From contig CAVRET010000002.1 of assembly GCA_963720265.1 (NCBI GenBank), forward strand, positions 200,704 to 264,703: a stretch of DNA of 64,000 nt, given 5' to 3'. Within the stretch, counting starts at the first letter, position 1. The number at the start of each line of letters is the position of its first letter. The DNA is from an uncultured bacterium. GTDB taxonomy: Bacteria; Patescibacteriota; Saccharimonadia; UBA4664. The notes under the pieces were generated by a model. The model did not search any database, had not been told where the DNA came from, and worked only from the letters and a program-made list of their open reading frames with translations. A program made the translations under genes and the position numbers. Positions 10,634 through 21,253 of this stretch are shown here, piece after piece.

Positions 10634-11197
10634 CTACTTGGCACGCTCCAGGTATGTACCGCTCAGCGTATTAACCTTAATCCGATCGCCTTCGTTCACG
10701 AATAGCGGCACCATCACCTCTACTCCAGTCTCAACCGTAGCCGGCTTGAGTGCCGTGGTAGCCGTATCACCGCGCACACCCGGCTCCGTATGGATCACGG
10801 CCAGATACACCGCATTCGGCATCTCCAGACCAATCACCCGGTCGCGAAAGTTAAGCAGCGTCACGGTCTGGCCATCTGCCAGCCATTTTGCTTGCTCGCC
10901 GAGCGTATCCGAGCTCACCGTCTGCTGCTCATATGTCTCACCGTTCATAAAGACCATGTCAGTACCGTCGCGATAGAGCAGCTGCATGTTTGTGCGTGCG
11001 ACTTCCGCCGGCGTTATCTTGTCCGCCGATCGAAATGATCGCTCAAGCACACCGCCATTGAGCAAGTTTTTTATACGCACTTGCACGACTGCCCCTCCGC
11101 GCCCCATGGCCTTATGGGTATATTCGGTTACACGATATGGCACACCATCGAGTTCAATCATTGTACCAATTTTTAGATCAGTGTGCCCGAGCACCAT
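10634..11197 (-). CDS. efp: Elongation factor P
   Basis: TEPGVRGDTA, KPATVETG, VPLFVNEGD; start ATG 11197 adjacent to rpsR stop. Confidence 0.95.
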   Translation of the reverse strand: MVLGHTDLKIGTMIELDGVPYRVTEYTHKAMGRGGAVVQVRIKNLLNGGVLERSFRSADKITPAEVARTNMQLLYRDGTDMVFMNGETYEQQTVSSDTLGEQAKWLADGQTVTLLNFRDRVIGLEMPNAVYLAVIHTEPGVRGDTATTALKPATVETGVEVMVPLFVNEGDRIKVNTLSGTYLERAK

Positions 11198-11198
11198 G

Positions 11199-11417
11199 CT
11201 AGCGCACCACAAATGGCAGCAATGCAATGTGGCGAGCGCGCTTCAGAGCCACCGCCACCCGCCGCTGATGCCGCAGGCAATTACCAGTGCGCTTACGCGA
11301 TTCGATCTTGCCGTAACTCGACAGATACCGTTGCAGCAGCTTCACATCCTTGTAGTCAACATAGTCAACCTTTTCGGCACAGAAGCGGCAGACTTTCTTG
11401 GAATAAAAATTAGCCAT
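11199..11417 (-). CDS. rpsR: 30S ribosomal protein S18
   Basis: CRFC..VDYKDV..GKI..RKRTGNC..HQR..KRAR..ALLPF (Zn-binding type). Confidence 0.97.
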   Translation of the reverse strand: MANFYSKKVCRFCAEKVDYVDYKDVKLLQRYLSSYGKIESRKRTGNCLRHQRRVAVALKRARHIALLPFVVR

Positions 11418-11435
11418 GTTCGTTCCTTTACTTCC

Positions 11436-11888
11436 CTAGAATGGGATGTCATCGAGATTAATGTTTTGATTTGAGTCGAGATCCTGAATAACAACATCGT
11501 CAGATTTGGCAGCCGGCTTAGCCGCGCCGTGAGCATCAGTGCCCGCCCCGGCAGCGCCCGGTGCGTCCAGAAAGTTAACATCAGAAGCCACAATTTCGGT
11601 CCGCTGGCGCTTAACGCCATCCTTTTCCCAGCTCTGAGTTTGAAGCCGCCCCACCACCATTACCTTGCGTCCTTTGGCCAAATACTGTGCCGCCAGCTCG
11701 CCGAGCTTTCCCCAAGCAACGATTTCGTGATACTCAACCGCCTCCTTACGCTCACCGCTCGCATCAAGCCACGTCCGGTTGGTCGCCACAGCAAACGACG
11801 CCACCTGCTGGCCGCTGGGTGTAGACCGCAGCTCCGGGTCGCGGGTCAGATTGCCCATTATAATCGCCTGGTTAAAACTCTTGGCCAT
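11436..11888 (-). CDS. ssb: Single-stranded DNA-binding protein
   Basis: GNLTRDPELR OB fold, C-terminal DDIPF. Confidence 0.97.
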   Translation of the reverse strand: MAKSFNQAIIMGNLTRDPELRSTPSGQQVASFAVATNRTWLDASGERKEAVEYHEIVAWGKLGELAAQYLAKGRKVMVVGRLQTQSWEKDGVKRQRTEIVASDVNFLDAPGAAGAGTDAHGAAKPAAKSDDVVIQDLDSNQNINLDDIPF

Positions 11889-12298
11889 TACTCTCGTCCC
11901 TCCTCATTGCTATCAGCTGCCTCGGCCTCAGCCTTGGCACTCACCTTTTGGGTGCCCGATTTCTCGGGCACCAGCTTGTCGCCGGCGGGTTTGTCGGCCG
12001 AGCGCGGTTTGAATTCATTATGCACTACCAAAATATGACGCACCACTTCTTCGGTTATCAACAGTGAACGCTCAAGTTCATTAACGCCACTGGTCGGAAG
12101 CTGAATCTCAAAGTAAACGTAAATGGCAAAATCCTGGCGCGCAATTCGATACGCCAAGCGTTTCTTGCCCCAGTTATCGGTTCGTGTTACTTTGCCGCCA
12201 GCCGCCTGTACCAGGCCTTCAATTTTAGCGATCGGCGTCTCCACGTCGATTTCAAGATCAGGGTGCAATAGCACCATGAGTTCGTATGTTTTTTGCAT
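11888..12298 (-). CDS. rpsF: 30S ribosomal protein S6
   Basis: YELMVLLHPDL, WGKKRLAYRI; SD AGAAAGGA before ATG 12298. Confidence 0.95.
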   Translation of the reverse strand: MQKTYELMVLLHPDLEIDVETPIAKIEGLVQAAGGKVTRTDNWGKKRLAYRIARQDFAIYVYFEIQLPTSGVNELERSLLITEEVVRHILVVHNEFKPRSADKPAGDKLVPEKSGTQKVSAKAEAEAADSNEEGRE

Positions 12299-12456
12299 AC
12301 TGTTCCTTTCTCTGGAAACCCAGGCATCTGCCGAGGCTGCGCCCAAACGAAGAAAGCTCGCCTAGACGCAAAAAGGTTAGTTAATAAGCGTGGTAAGTAT
12401 AGGCCAAAATACACTCCCGGTCAACACACGGCTCTGATATAGACTACAATGATGCC

Positions 12457-12987
12457 ATGCAGGTTTTAGTCAGTCACCTGATGAATCTTCCCATCGTCAG
12501 CCTTCAAACCGGCGAAACGGTTGCCTTTGCCAACGAGCCCATCATCGACATGGCTAAACTCGAGGTTGTTGCCCTACATTGCTCAATCCCCCACCAGCGA
12601 CCGACACTGGCTCTGCTCGCTCGCGACATCCGGCAGTTAACGGCCGAGTATCTGCTTATTGACAGCGAAGATGAACTGATCGACCCTGACGAGGTAGTGC
12701 GACTGACGACACTCGTCAAAGCCGGCTTTAGTCCGCTTGAGAAGCCAGTGGTCTCAGACCTTGGGCGAAGGCTGGGCCGTACTGACGACTACGCAATTAA
12801 CCTCGAGACCAATCGCATCCAAAAGCTCTATATCCGCTCGCATGGCATGAGAGCCTGGATCAAAGCAGAGCTTACTATTGACCGCGCCCAGATCGTCGAC
12901 GTCACTCCACACCACATTGTCGTGCGTGACTCAGCTCTGGCAGCATCAATTTTGCCACCTGAAGCGATTCCTGATAGTTCCACCTAG
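12457..12987 (+). CDS. PRC-barrel domain protein
   Basis: LMNLPIVSLQTG..PIID and second repeat KPVVSDLGRRLG..DY. Confidence 0.75.
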   Translation: MQVLVSHLMNLPIVSLQTGETVAFANEPIIDMAKLEVVALHCSIPHQRPTLALLARDIRQLTAEYLLIDSEDELIDPDEVVRLTTLVKAGFSPLEKPVVSDLGRRLGRTDDYAINLETNRIQKLYIRSHGMRAWIKAELTIDRAQIVDVTPHHIVVRDSALAASILPPEAIPDSST

Positions 12988-13105
12988 AATTGCTTGAACA
13001 ACCATGCTCATTGCGCTAAGCTTTTGGGAGATAGAGGTATCTTGTGTTAATTATTCTCCTTTGGGCCATCGCGTTCGTTCTAGCGTACCGATTGGTCACC
13101 GCCAA

Positions 13106-13735
13106 CTAGTCGTTCCCGGCGCTGTCGCTACTCGACTCCTGCGAGATACGCCTCGCAACATCATAGGAATAGCCCTGCCGCATCAGGTAATCCAGCAGTT
13201 TACGTGGATCAGTGTACTGAGGCAACTTGCGCTTCTTGGCCGCCAGCGCTGTGGCAGCTGCAACTTCAGCATCGTCATCAACCTCGGCTAATGTAGCCTC
13301 AACATCGCTACGCCCAACGCCTTTAGCCAGTAGCTCTTGTGCGAGAACCCGCCTGCTTCGCGGCCGCAAGGCTTGCCGATCAGCCACCCAAGCGGCGGCA
13401 AATTTCTGATCATCCACCATCCCAATTTGCTCAAGCCGTTCAACGGCAAATGCGGCATCTTCGTCTGTGAAAGCTTTGCGCCGCAAATAATCAACAACCT
13501 CTCGCCGACTCCGCGGTCGCACACTCAAGTAGCGAACAGCGGCGATGTAAGCCTTGGCCTGAGCTGATGCCACTTGGTACTGGGCAACCTCGGCTGCCGT
13601 GAGCTCCTGGCCAACCAGAAGCGCTGCAGAGCTCAATTGGATATCGGTGAGAGAAAACGAGTAGTGTCCATCTACGTACACACTGTAACGACCCTCTGCT
13701 CTCCGCTGTTTTTTGATGTCCGTTACGATCGACAC
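13106..13735 (-). CDS. recX: Regulatory protein RecX
   Basis: YLSVRPRSRREV, DDQKFA..WV, ELLAKGV, YLMRQGY; downstream of recA. Confidence 0.93.
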   Translation of the reverse strand: MSIVTDIKKQRRAEGRYSVYVDGHYSFSLTDIQLSSAALLVGQELTAAEVAQYQVASAQAKAYIAAVRYLSVRPRSRREVVDYLRRKAFTDEDAAFAVERLEQIGMVDDQKFAAAWVADRQALRPRSRRVLAQELLAKGVGRSDVEATLAEVDDDAEVAAATALAAKKRKLPQYTDPRKLLDYLMRQGYSYDVARRISQESSSDSAGND

Positions 13736-13759
13736 TATCTTGCACCTACCCGGTCGGCC

Positions 13760-14869
13760 CTAGGCACTTTGAGCTAGCTTACGAATGCTCTTGTCCAGCT
13801 CCTCCACCAACTCCGGCCGGTCCTTAACATACTGCTTAGCTGCCTCACGCCCCTGCCCAATCTTCTCATCTTTGTACGAATACCAAGCACCGGTTTTTTG
13901 TACCAAGCCATGCTTCACCGCGAGGTCGATGAGATCCCCGGCCACCGAGATACCTTCGTTAAACATGATGTCAAACTCAGCCACCTTAAACGGCGCCGCT
14001 ACCTTATTCTTCACCACCTTAACCTTCACGTGCTTCCCGATCGATGTGTCTCCATCCTTGATCTGCTCTGAGCCGCGAATATCCATCCGTACCGATGCGT
14101 AGTACTTAAGCGCCTGCCCACCGGCCGTTGTCTCAGGGTTACCAAACATAACACCGATCTTAAGCCGCAGTTGGTTCAAAAATACCACCGTCGTCTTGCT
14201 CTTTGAGATCACGCCGGTCAGTTTGCGCAGTGCTTGAGACATCAGCCGTGCTTGCAGACCCACATGCGCATCGCCCATGTCACCCTCAATTTCCGCGCGT
14301 GGCACCAGTGCCGCTACCGAATCCACCACGATAATATCGACCGCCGACGACCGCACGAGCGTCTCGGTAATTTCAAGTGCCTGCTCACCGGTGTCAGGCT
14401 GGGAAATCAAGAGCGTCCCCAAATCAACCCCAATCCGGGCCGCGTAATCAGGATCCAGCGCGTGCTCGGCATCAACGAATGCTGCCACTCCACCACGCTT
14501 TTGCACCTCTGCCACTGCATGCAGCGCCAATGTCGTCTTGCCGCTCGATTCCGGCCCATAAATCTCAATGATCCGCCCTTGCGGTAAGCCGCCACCAAGT
14601 GCCAAATCGAGCGATAATGAGCCAGTCGGAATCGTCGCCACGTCAATCTTGTGGCCTTCGCCCAACTTCATAATCGAGCCGGCACCAAACTGCTTCTCAA
14701 TCTGCTCTACAGCCAGATCAATCGCCTTCATCCGCGCTGCTTGCTCACCAGACGTCTTCTTCTCGTCCACCGCTGGCTTGTTGGTCTTAGACCCCGTCGG
14801 TGCCTGCTTGCCGTCCACCGGCTTAGTTACCTCATCCACTGCGGACTTCTCCAATACTTCAGTGCTCAT
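13760..14869 (-). CDS. recA: Recombinase RecA
   Basis: [30 protein letters not shown]. Confidence 0.99.
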   Translation of the reverse strand: MSTEVLEKSAVDEVTKPVDGKQAPTGSKTNKPAVDEKKTSGEQAARMKAIDLAVEQIEKQFGAGSIMKLGEGHKIDVATIPTGSLSLDLALGGGLPQGRIIEIYGPESSGKTTLALHAVAEVQKRGGVAAFVDAEHALDPDYAARIGVDLGTLLISQPDTGEQALEITETLVRSSAVDIIVVDSVAALVPRAEIEGDMGDAHVGLQARLMSQALRKLTGVISKSKTTVVFLNQLRLKIGVMFGNPETTAGGQALKYYASVRMDIRGSEQIKDGDTSIGKHVKVKVVKNKVAAPFKVAEFDIMFNEGISVAGDLIDLAVKHGLVQKTGAWYSYKDEKIGQGREAAKQYVKDRPELVEELDKSIRKLAQSA

Positions 14870-14939
14870 TGTATCGTCCTTTGATCTGGTTATCTATATA
14901 CCAATCATGATAACCGAACAAATTCCGTAAATCAACTGC

Positions 14940-15443
14940 CTACCGCAAATTTTGAAAATCCAGCGGAAAATCGAGGTCCTGTGCGCGCAAAACCGTCATT
15001 ACACCCTGCAAATCGTCCTTGCTCGCACTTGATACCCGCACGCTGTCTCCCTGAATCTGCGCCTTCACCTTCGGGTACTTCTCGCGAATTACGCGTGTTA
15101 ATTGCTTGGCCTTATCCTGGTCCAGTCCGCGCTTAAACCCAATCTGCCAACGCGTCACCTTACCACTCTCAGCCGGCTCCCGGCTCGTGTCCAAAATCTT
15201 GAGCGAAAGCCCCCGTCGCACCAGCTTGCTCTGAAGCACATCAAGCACCGACTGCACCTGGTTGCGGCTGTCGCCCTCAATCGCCACGCCGTTTTTACCG
15301 TCGCCCCAATCCAAGCTCGCCGCCGTACCTTTAAAATCAAACCGAGTGCCAAGCTCACGCTGCGCCTGCTCTACCGCATTCGTCATCTCACTCATCTCGA
15401 AATCGCTCACCACATCGAATGAAAAATCCTTCGCCATCTCCAC
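14940..15443 (-). CDS. yajQ: YajQ family nucleotide (c-di-GMP)-binding protein
   Basis: SFDVVS..NAVEQA..RFDFKG, KVKAQIQGD.VRV..KDDLQ. Confidence 0.93.
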   Translation of the reverse strand: MEMAKDFSFDVVSDFEMSEMTNAVEQAQRELGTRFDFKGTAASLDWGDGKNGVAIEGDSRNQVQSVLDVLQSKLVRRGLSLKILDTSREPAESGKVTRWQIGFKRGLDQDKAKQLTRVIREKYPKVKAQIQGDSVRVSSASKDDLQGVMTVLRAQDLDFPLDFQNLR

Positions 15444-15455
15444 TCCTTGTCGGCT

Positions 15456-15905
15456 TTAGTCTACCACAAGCAGGTGCTTATTCCGGTCAAAGTATGCCGC
15501 AATGTTTGGAAACACGCGCCGCTTCAATTCATCAAAATCAACCCACTCAGCTACTTCATCTGCTTCTTGCGGAACCCCCGCTCCGCCAGCCGGCCGCGAC
15601 AGCCACAAATGCACCCGAATTGGCTGTCCCGTTTCACCGTGCGGATAGGTCAAATCCGGCAACGGTTTAACAACGTCCACGTCATAGCCAGTCTCCTCGC
15701 GTGCTTCGCGTATTGCAGCCTCCCGAAACGTCTCGCCCAGCTCTACGTGACCCTTTGGTAAACCCCAAGGCCTGGACGACTTCCGGTTCGTGACCAGCAA
15801 ATACTGGCCCTCTCGATTCACCATCACAAAACCACCCTTCTCAATCTCGCCGTAAGCATTGGTCACACCACGAGGATCCACATTCATCGGGCCAAAGTCA
15901 CTCAC
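15456..15905 (-). CDS. NUDIX hydrolase
   Basis: Nudix box GHVELGETFREAAIREAREETG. Confidence 0.9.
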   Translation of the reverse strand: MSDFGPMNVDPRGVTNAYGEIEKGGFVMVNREGQYLLVTNRKSSRPWGLPKGHVELGETFREAAIREAREETGYDVDVVKPLPDLTYPHGETGQPIRVHLWLSRPAGGAGVPQEADEVAEWVDFDELKRRVFPNIAAYFDRNKHLLVVD

Positions 15906-16882
15906 GGAATCACCGTACTCACGGCAAAATCCTGGCCGCGCCGAATCTCGCCCTCGCTGCCCAGTGGCGACAGTGTCTTATTTGCGACCACGCTGTTCGT
16001 CACCGTCACACTCGTAGCCCCAGCGTTCCCAGTCGTAATATTGACATCATTCTTACCGGTAAACACCTGGCTCGTACCAGCCACAAACGTCCCACTAAAT
16101 GCCGGCTGGCCGTCGACGGTCACCACTAGCGCCGTTGTCTCACTCACCTTAATCGCCACGGCCACGCCGCTAAACGTTGCTGTTGGTACCTGCGCCGTCG
16201 TACTACTCACCGGCGGCAATTTCGCGAGCACATTCCTCACTACCGTCGTCTGCTTACCAAGCTTGCTATCCGACGTAATCCGGATTGTGTTCAAGCCGTT
16301 CTGCAACGCTACCTTCTCACTAAAATTCCCGTTCGTATCACTCAAAATCGGCGACTGATCAACGCTCACGTCCGTGCCCGGCGTCGTATGCCCGCTGACC
16401 GTGATGACCGATCCATTAATCGTCTCGTCCCCGGCCGGCGCTGTCACACTCAAATTCGGCGCCGCAGCCAGCGACGACAGTTGCCATAGCAAATACCCGA
16501 TGATCCCGGCCGCCGCCGCTCCTGCAACCAAAACCCAAGCGATCTGCCCAGTGAATACCAACCGCGGGGGCCGCTCCAGCGTCGGCCTTTTCGTTTCCCC
16601 AGCCGCCACGCCGCCCCGGTCTTTGGCATAGGCCCGAGCAATTGCCTCACCGTCCAGCCCCAAATGATTCGCGTAATGCTGCACAAATCCACGCGAATAG
16701 ATGTCATTCGGCAGACTCGAATAATCACCCGATTCCAGCGCAGTCAAAAATTTGCCCCGAATCTTGGTATCAAGCTCCACCTGCGCCAAACTCAAACGTA
16801 GCGCCTGCCGCCTGGCTTTCAGTTGCGGACCAACTTTACCCACATCTAGTTTTTCTTGCTTGGGTTGTGATTCCTCAGACAT
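15902..16882 (-). CDS. RodZ-like protein (HTH, TM, Ig-like, DUF4115-like)
   Basis: HTH_25-type KIRGKFLTALESGDY..LP..IYSRGFV..YA..LGL, single TM, GNAG motif. Confidence 0.8.
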   Translation of the reverse strand: MSEESQPKQEKLDVGKVGPQLKARRQALRLSLAQVELDTKIRGKFLTALESGDYSSLPNDIYSRGFVQHYANHLGLDGEAIARAYAKDRGGVAAGETKRPTLERPPRLVFTGQIAWVLVAGAAAAGIIGYLLWQLSSLAAAPNLSVTAPAGDETINGSVITVSGHTTPGTDVSVDQSPILSDTNGNFSEKVALQNGLNTIRITSDSKLGKQTTVVRNVLAKLPPVSSTTAQVPTATFSGVAVAIKVSETTALVVTVDGQPAFSGTFVAGTSQVFTGKNDVNITTGNAGATSVTVTNSVVANKTLSPLGSEGEIRRGQDFAVSTVIP

Positions 16883-16990
16883 ACCCCCATTTTACTAGTA
16901 AGGCACAGGCGCATACTACAGGCGCTCTACATTTTGCGTCCGCCTTATGGTTTAATTGTGACTCGCACCTAGATATTCGGAGAGGAATAC

Positions 16991-17461
16991 ATGCCGCAAC
17001 TAGCACGGTACGGGCCAAACGCGCTCTCCGTGGCGCGCATCATCATGGGAGTAGGCGTCTGCATCCTGATTACGCGTCACGATTGGAAACTAGCAGCCTG
17101 GATTTTTTCGATCGCTGCTGTTACCGACCTCGCCGACGGCCGGCTCGCTCGCCACCTTGGGGTTTCGAGCATTTTGGGCGGCCGGCTCGACAAACTCGGT
17201 GACTTCGCTCTCGTCGGAGGTACTGTCATCGGGTTCTGGCTAACCAAGCTCGTGTCTACGGCCACCATCATCCAAATGAGCCTAATCGTAGTCGCGACGT
17301 TCAGTCTTGCCTGGCTGCTGCAAAGACGAGAGGACGCTAGTTACAAGGACGCTGACGCCCACAATGAACCGCCCACCGGAATGGCCAGACTAATCCGCGG
17401 CGCATTCGCCGGAGTGATCGTGCTCCTAGCAATATGGATATTTATCTACGCCTACCGTTAG
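16991..17461 (+). CDS. CDP-alcohol phosphatidyltransferase (PgsA-like)
   Basis: PNALSVAR; DLADGRLAR-x8-G-x2-LDKLGD. Confidence 0.88.
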   Translation: MPQLARYGPNALSVARIIMGVGVCILITRHDWKLAAWIFSIAAVTDLADGRLARHLGVSSILGGRLDKLGDFALVGGTVIGFWLTKLVSTATIIQMSLIVVATFSLAWLLQRREDASYKDADAHNEPPTGMARLIRGAFAGVIVLLAIWIFIYAYR

Positions 17462-17518
17462 GTGCCGACGCAAATCCTCTATCTTCGCGGGTGGAGGCAG
17501 GGAGCTCAAAAGCTCCCC

Positions 17519-17555
17519 AACCTAAAAGCTCAAATGAAATTTGAGCTTTTAGGTT
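17519..17555. terminator. Bidirectional terminator hairpin
   Basis: AACCTAAAAGCTCAAAT-GAA-ATTTGAGCTTTTAGGTT between converging pgsA-like gene and ftsK. Confidence 0.75.
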
Positions 17556-17592
17556 GGTATCAACACGGGATTACATACCCAATCAGTGTGAA

Positions 17593-19893
17593 TCAGTCAT
17601 CGTAGGGCTCGGCCGGACGCATCACTTCGTCCTCACGAGCTGGAGCCCAGGCCGTCGCGGAACCGTTCGCAGCACTCGCCGACGGAGCATCTCCGTTGCC
17701 ACCCCGCACCTGATCCAGGCTCGAGATCAAAACGTCGCGCGGTCTGGCCCCATCCGCCGGACCAATAATGCCGCGCTCCTCCAGCAAATCCAGTAACCGC
17801 GCCGCCCGCGCGTAGCCGATTCGCAGACGCCGCTGTAGCATGCTCGCACTCGCCTTGCCGGCTCGGAACACCGCTTCAGCCGCCTCATCAAACATGTCGT
17901 CATCCGGCTCGCCAAAATCACCGCCACCCCCACCGACCGTCTTACCGCCGATCGTCACCTTTTGCGCGAGTACATCCTCGTTATAACTCGGCGGCCGCTC
18001 CGCCCGCAAAAAGTCCGTCACCGACTTGGTCTCTTTCTCATCCACAAACACGCCTTGGATACGTCGCGGCTTAATCATCTCTGGGCTCACAAACAGCATG
18101 TCGCCCTTGCCGAGCAGCTTCTCCGCTCCCATCTGGTCCAAAATCGTGCGCGAGTCAATTTGGCTAGCCACACTAAACGCCAACCGCGCCGGAATGTTGG
18201 CCTTGATAATGCCCGTGATCACATCCACGCTCGGCCGCTGCGTCGCTAGCACCAAATGAATGCCGACCGCCCGCGCCATTTGCGCCAGCCGCACAATCAA
18301 GCCCTCTACCTCAGCGGCCGCCATCACCATCAGATCCGCCAACTCATCAATCACGATCACGATATATGGCATCGCATCTTCCTTGTGCGCGCCGTTGTAC
18401 TCGACGATATTGCGGTTGCCCACCTCAGCCAGCAGCTTATACCGCCGCTCCATTTCCGCCACTGCCCATTTCAGCGCCGAAATGCACTTTTCCGGCTCCA
18501 CAATCACGGGTGTCAAAAGGTGTGGAATGTCATTGTAAAGCCCAAGTTCCACCCGTTTTGGGTCTACCAAAATCAGCTTCATCTCCTCGGGCGAATTGCG
18601 GTATAGGAGACTCGTTAAGAGCGCGTTAATCATCACCGACTTACCAGACCCAGTGGCGCCCGCAATCATCATGTGCGGCATCTTGGCCAGATCCGCCGTC
18701 ATCGGCGTGCCACTCACGTCGCGTCCCAGCACAAACGACAACGGCGTCTTTTGCTCCATCACTTCTTTTGAGCTCAACACATCGCGCAGCCTCACGGTCG
18801 CAATAGCCTTATTCGGCAACTCTACGCCCACCGCCGACTTGCCCGGAATCGGCGCCTCAATGCGAATCGGGTGCGCTGCCAAACTCAATGCCAGATTTGT
18901 ATCGAGCCCGGTAATCTTCGTCAGCTTTACGCCAGCCGGCGGTGTAAACGTATACTGCGTCACCGTCGGCCCAACGTTCACCTCCCCCATCGTCACACTA
19001 ATGCCAAAGCTTTCGAGCGTCTGCTGAATCACTCGTGCATTGTGCTTCACGTCGCCGGCATCAGCCTTGGTGCTCGTAGCAGCTAGCAAATCCAGATTCG
19101 GCGGCGTCCACGCCTCCTCAGCATTAGCCGTAAGCGCGTGCGGCGCATCCGGCGGCTGGCCGGGACCGGCCGGCGCCACTGGTGCTGGTCTGCGCATGCC
19201 CAAATTGAGCGGCCCCCGAATTGGCAACGCATTCGTCACTGCCCCGGCCGGCGCCCCAGAGTTGTCATTGACCTTCAGATCAAATTCACCGGCCTCATCC
19301 TCCACCGGCTCTTCACCCGGCTTTTTCTCCTTGGTGAAGCCGGCAAACATGACTTTAAGCAGGTTGCCCAAATTCATTTGCGTACCCAGGATCAAACCAA
19401 TGCCAACCAGCGCCACCAGCACAATGCTAGCCGCCAGCCGATTAAGTACCATAAGCATTGCGCCTGATAATCCATAGCCAACAATTCCGCCGCCGTTGCC
19501 GGCCTGAGCCGTAGATTGCGTCGCTCTCGGATTCACACCTACCGCAAGTAGCGCCGCCATGCCAGCGAGCACTAGCAGAAAACCAAAGTAATTGATACCG
19601 CGTACCGCATACTTTTCCGGCTGAAACAGCATCCATGCCAGCGCGCCAAATACGATCGGCGACAGAAAGGCCGCGTATCCCACTACCAGCCGCGCACTAT
19701 GGAACAGGCCGGTTACAAACGTCCCGCCCACACTAAACGCACCGAGCAGCAACAGCAACGCAACTGCCGCCAGTACCAGAGCCGAAATTTCCCGCTGAGC
19801 ATCGGCCGGTAGCTTACGCTCCGCTCGAACCGGCTTTTTGGCCTTAGGTTCGGCTTTGCTCTTCGATTTTTTGGTGACTTTCTTCTTCGGCAT
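17593..19893 (-). CDS. ftsK: DNA translocase FtsK/SpoIIIE
   Basis: N-terminal TMs, IAGATGSGKSV, DELADLM, gamma domain SASMLQRRLRIGYARAARL. Confidence 0.97.
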   Translation of the reverse strand: MPKKKVTKKSKSKAEPKAKKPVRAERKLPADAQREISALVLAAVALLLLLGAFSVGGTFVTGLFHSARLVVGYAAFLSPIVFGALAWMLFQPEKYAVRGINYFGFLLVLAGMAALLAVGVNPRATQSTAQAGNGGGIVGYGLSGAMLMVLNRLAASIVLVALVGIGLILGTQMNLGNLLKVMFAGFTKEKKPGEEPVEDEAGEFDLKVNDNSGAPAGAVTNALPIRGPLNLGMRRPAPVAPAGPGQPPDAPHALTANAEEAWTPPNLDLLAATSTKADAGDVKHNARVIQQTLESFGISVTMGEVNVGPTVTQYTFTPPAGVKLTKITGLDTNLALSLAAHPIRIEAPIPGKSAVGVELPNKAIATVRLRDVLSSKEVMEQKTPLSFVLGRDVSGTPMTADLAKMPHMMIAGATGSGKSVMINALLTSLLYRNSPEEMKLILVDPKRVELGLYNDIPHLLTPVIVEPEKCISALKWAVAEMERRYKLLAEVGNRNIVEYNGAHKEDAMPYIVIVIDELADLMVMAAAEVEGLIVRLAQMARAVGIHLVLATQRPSVDVITGIIKANIPARLAFSVASQIDSRTILDQMGAEKLLGKGDMLFVSPEMIKPRRIQGVFVDEKETKSVTDFLRAERPPSYNEDVLAQKVTIGGKTVGGGGGDFGEPDDDMFDEAAEAVFRAGKASASMLQRRLRIGYARAARLLDLLEERGIIGPADGARPRDVLISSLDQVRGGNGDAPSASAANGSATAWAPAREDEVMRPAEPYDD

Positions 19894-19932
19894 ACACCGG
19901 CATTATATCAGACCGTAAGGGTAATACGCCGC

Positions 19933-20595
19933 TCAGTCGCCCGCCCGACGTTCCCGAATTTCCGCGTTATGCCGCATCGCAATATCCGAAAAAGCCTGAA
20001 TCCCCTCGCTCAAATTCGCCGGATCTGCGCTCAAGGCCACGAATTCGATCCGCGGCAAATAATCTTCAATCAATCCGACTGCGAACCCTTCACCGGCAAG
20101 TCGCAGCCTAGCCCGCTCATCCATGGCCGCGAGATCTCGCGCGCTCAGCTCCCGCCCCTGTATGTCAATCAATCGCAATGCCGTCTGAAGCGCCAGCGAT
20201 GCCTCGTAGCGCGCCCCGGCGCTATATTCCCAGCCCGGTGCCAACGCGACCTCCAGGCAATAGCTCCGAATCGTCTCTTCCCAAAACGCCATGTAGTCTG
20301 CTTGAGTCCACTCGGCCACATACAGTTCGCCCGGGTTAATGACCACCCGCCGCCCATCCAGCCGACGCACCATTTGGGCAAACTTGTGCGCTTCGCGCTC
20401 GTTCGGGCCGAGCACACGTTCGCGATACTCCTGAGCAAATCGCTCCCGCAGGTTATCTTTGCTCACCCCAAGTTCCTGCATGAGTTGGAGATCACGGTAA
20501 CCAGTACTAATCGGCGCGCTCAAATATGTCACGCCGGTTTGTGCTCCCACGACCTGCATTAATTTCAGCCCAAATTCGGTTCCGGATGTAATCAT
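19933..20595 (-). CDS. DUF4406-like (nucleoside deoxyribosyltransferase-fold) protein
   Basis: YLSAPISTG, VINPGE, DYM, PGWEYSAGARYE. Confidence 0.65.
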   Translation of the reverse strand: MITSGTEFGLKLMQVVGAQTGVTYLSAPISTGYRDLQLMQELGVSKDNLRERFAQEYRERVLGPNEREAHKFAQMVRRLDGRRVVINPGELYVAEWTQADYMAFWEETIRSYCLEVALAPGWEYSAGARYEASLALQTALRLIDIQGRELSARDLAAMDERARLRLAGEGFAVGLIEDYLPRIEFVALSADPANLSEGIQAFSDIAMRHNAEIRERRAGD

Positions 20596-20650
20596 AGCTG
20601 CCTTAGCCTAACAGAATCGCAATTAGTACCTGATTTCGCAAGCACGAGCA

Positions 20651-21253
20651 CTACCGAATGAGCGAAAGAAGCTGAGCACGAAACTGCACTGCTCCTCCGT
20701 GCGACGGGTGCCGCACTTTATCGGCTGGCACACCCACGACCGACAAGCTGGTTGCTGCAACGTTACCCATCGCCACTACCCGCGCCGGCTCCACTGTCTC
20801 AAGTAGTCCGCCCAAAATCTCCCCGCCAATTGCCACTTCGTCGTGCTTTGGTGCACGGTTTGAAAGTTCATGTCCAAATTGATACGGGTGCAAAGGAAAT
20901 ATCGCCCACGCCAAAACCGGCACACTGAGGTCGTCAAACGTCCTCTGCACGACCGTCGCGGTCGGTTCTCGCCAAATCCGGTCGTCGCGAAAAACTCGCT
21001 CAAATCCGTTAGCCGGCCCACCAAATAATCCCCACCGGTTCATTGGCCCGAGCATAATCGCCTCGCTACCAAATGGCACGCCCGTACGGTATGAGCCCTG
21101 GTATCCGGGCGCCTCCCCAACCAGCAACACCTCCGGATCATGAGCGAGCATCAGCTCAAAGTAGCGTCGCAGATTCGCCAGCCGAATCCGCCCCTCCGGC
21201 GTCCGGTGTGTATACAAATTGTGTACATTTGGCAGGTCTGGCAAAGCGCTCAA
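20651..21253 (-). CDS. Uracil-DNA glycosylase superfamily protein (N-terminus possibly interrupted by TAA at 21311-21313)
   Basis: LLVGEAPGYQG..RTGVPF, EPTATVV, HP..SNRAP, HPSHGG. Confidence 0.85.
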   Translation of the reverse strand: MSALPDLPNVHNLYTHRTPEGRIRLANLRRYFELMLAHDPEVLLVGEAPGYQGSYRTGVPFGSEAIMLGPMNRWGLFGGPANGFERVFRDDRIWREPTATVVQRTFDDLSVPVLAWAIFPLHPYQFGHELSNRAPKHDEVAIGGEILGGLLETVEPARVVAMGNVAATSLSVVGVPADKVRHPSHGGAVQFRAQLLSLIR

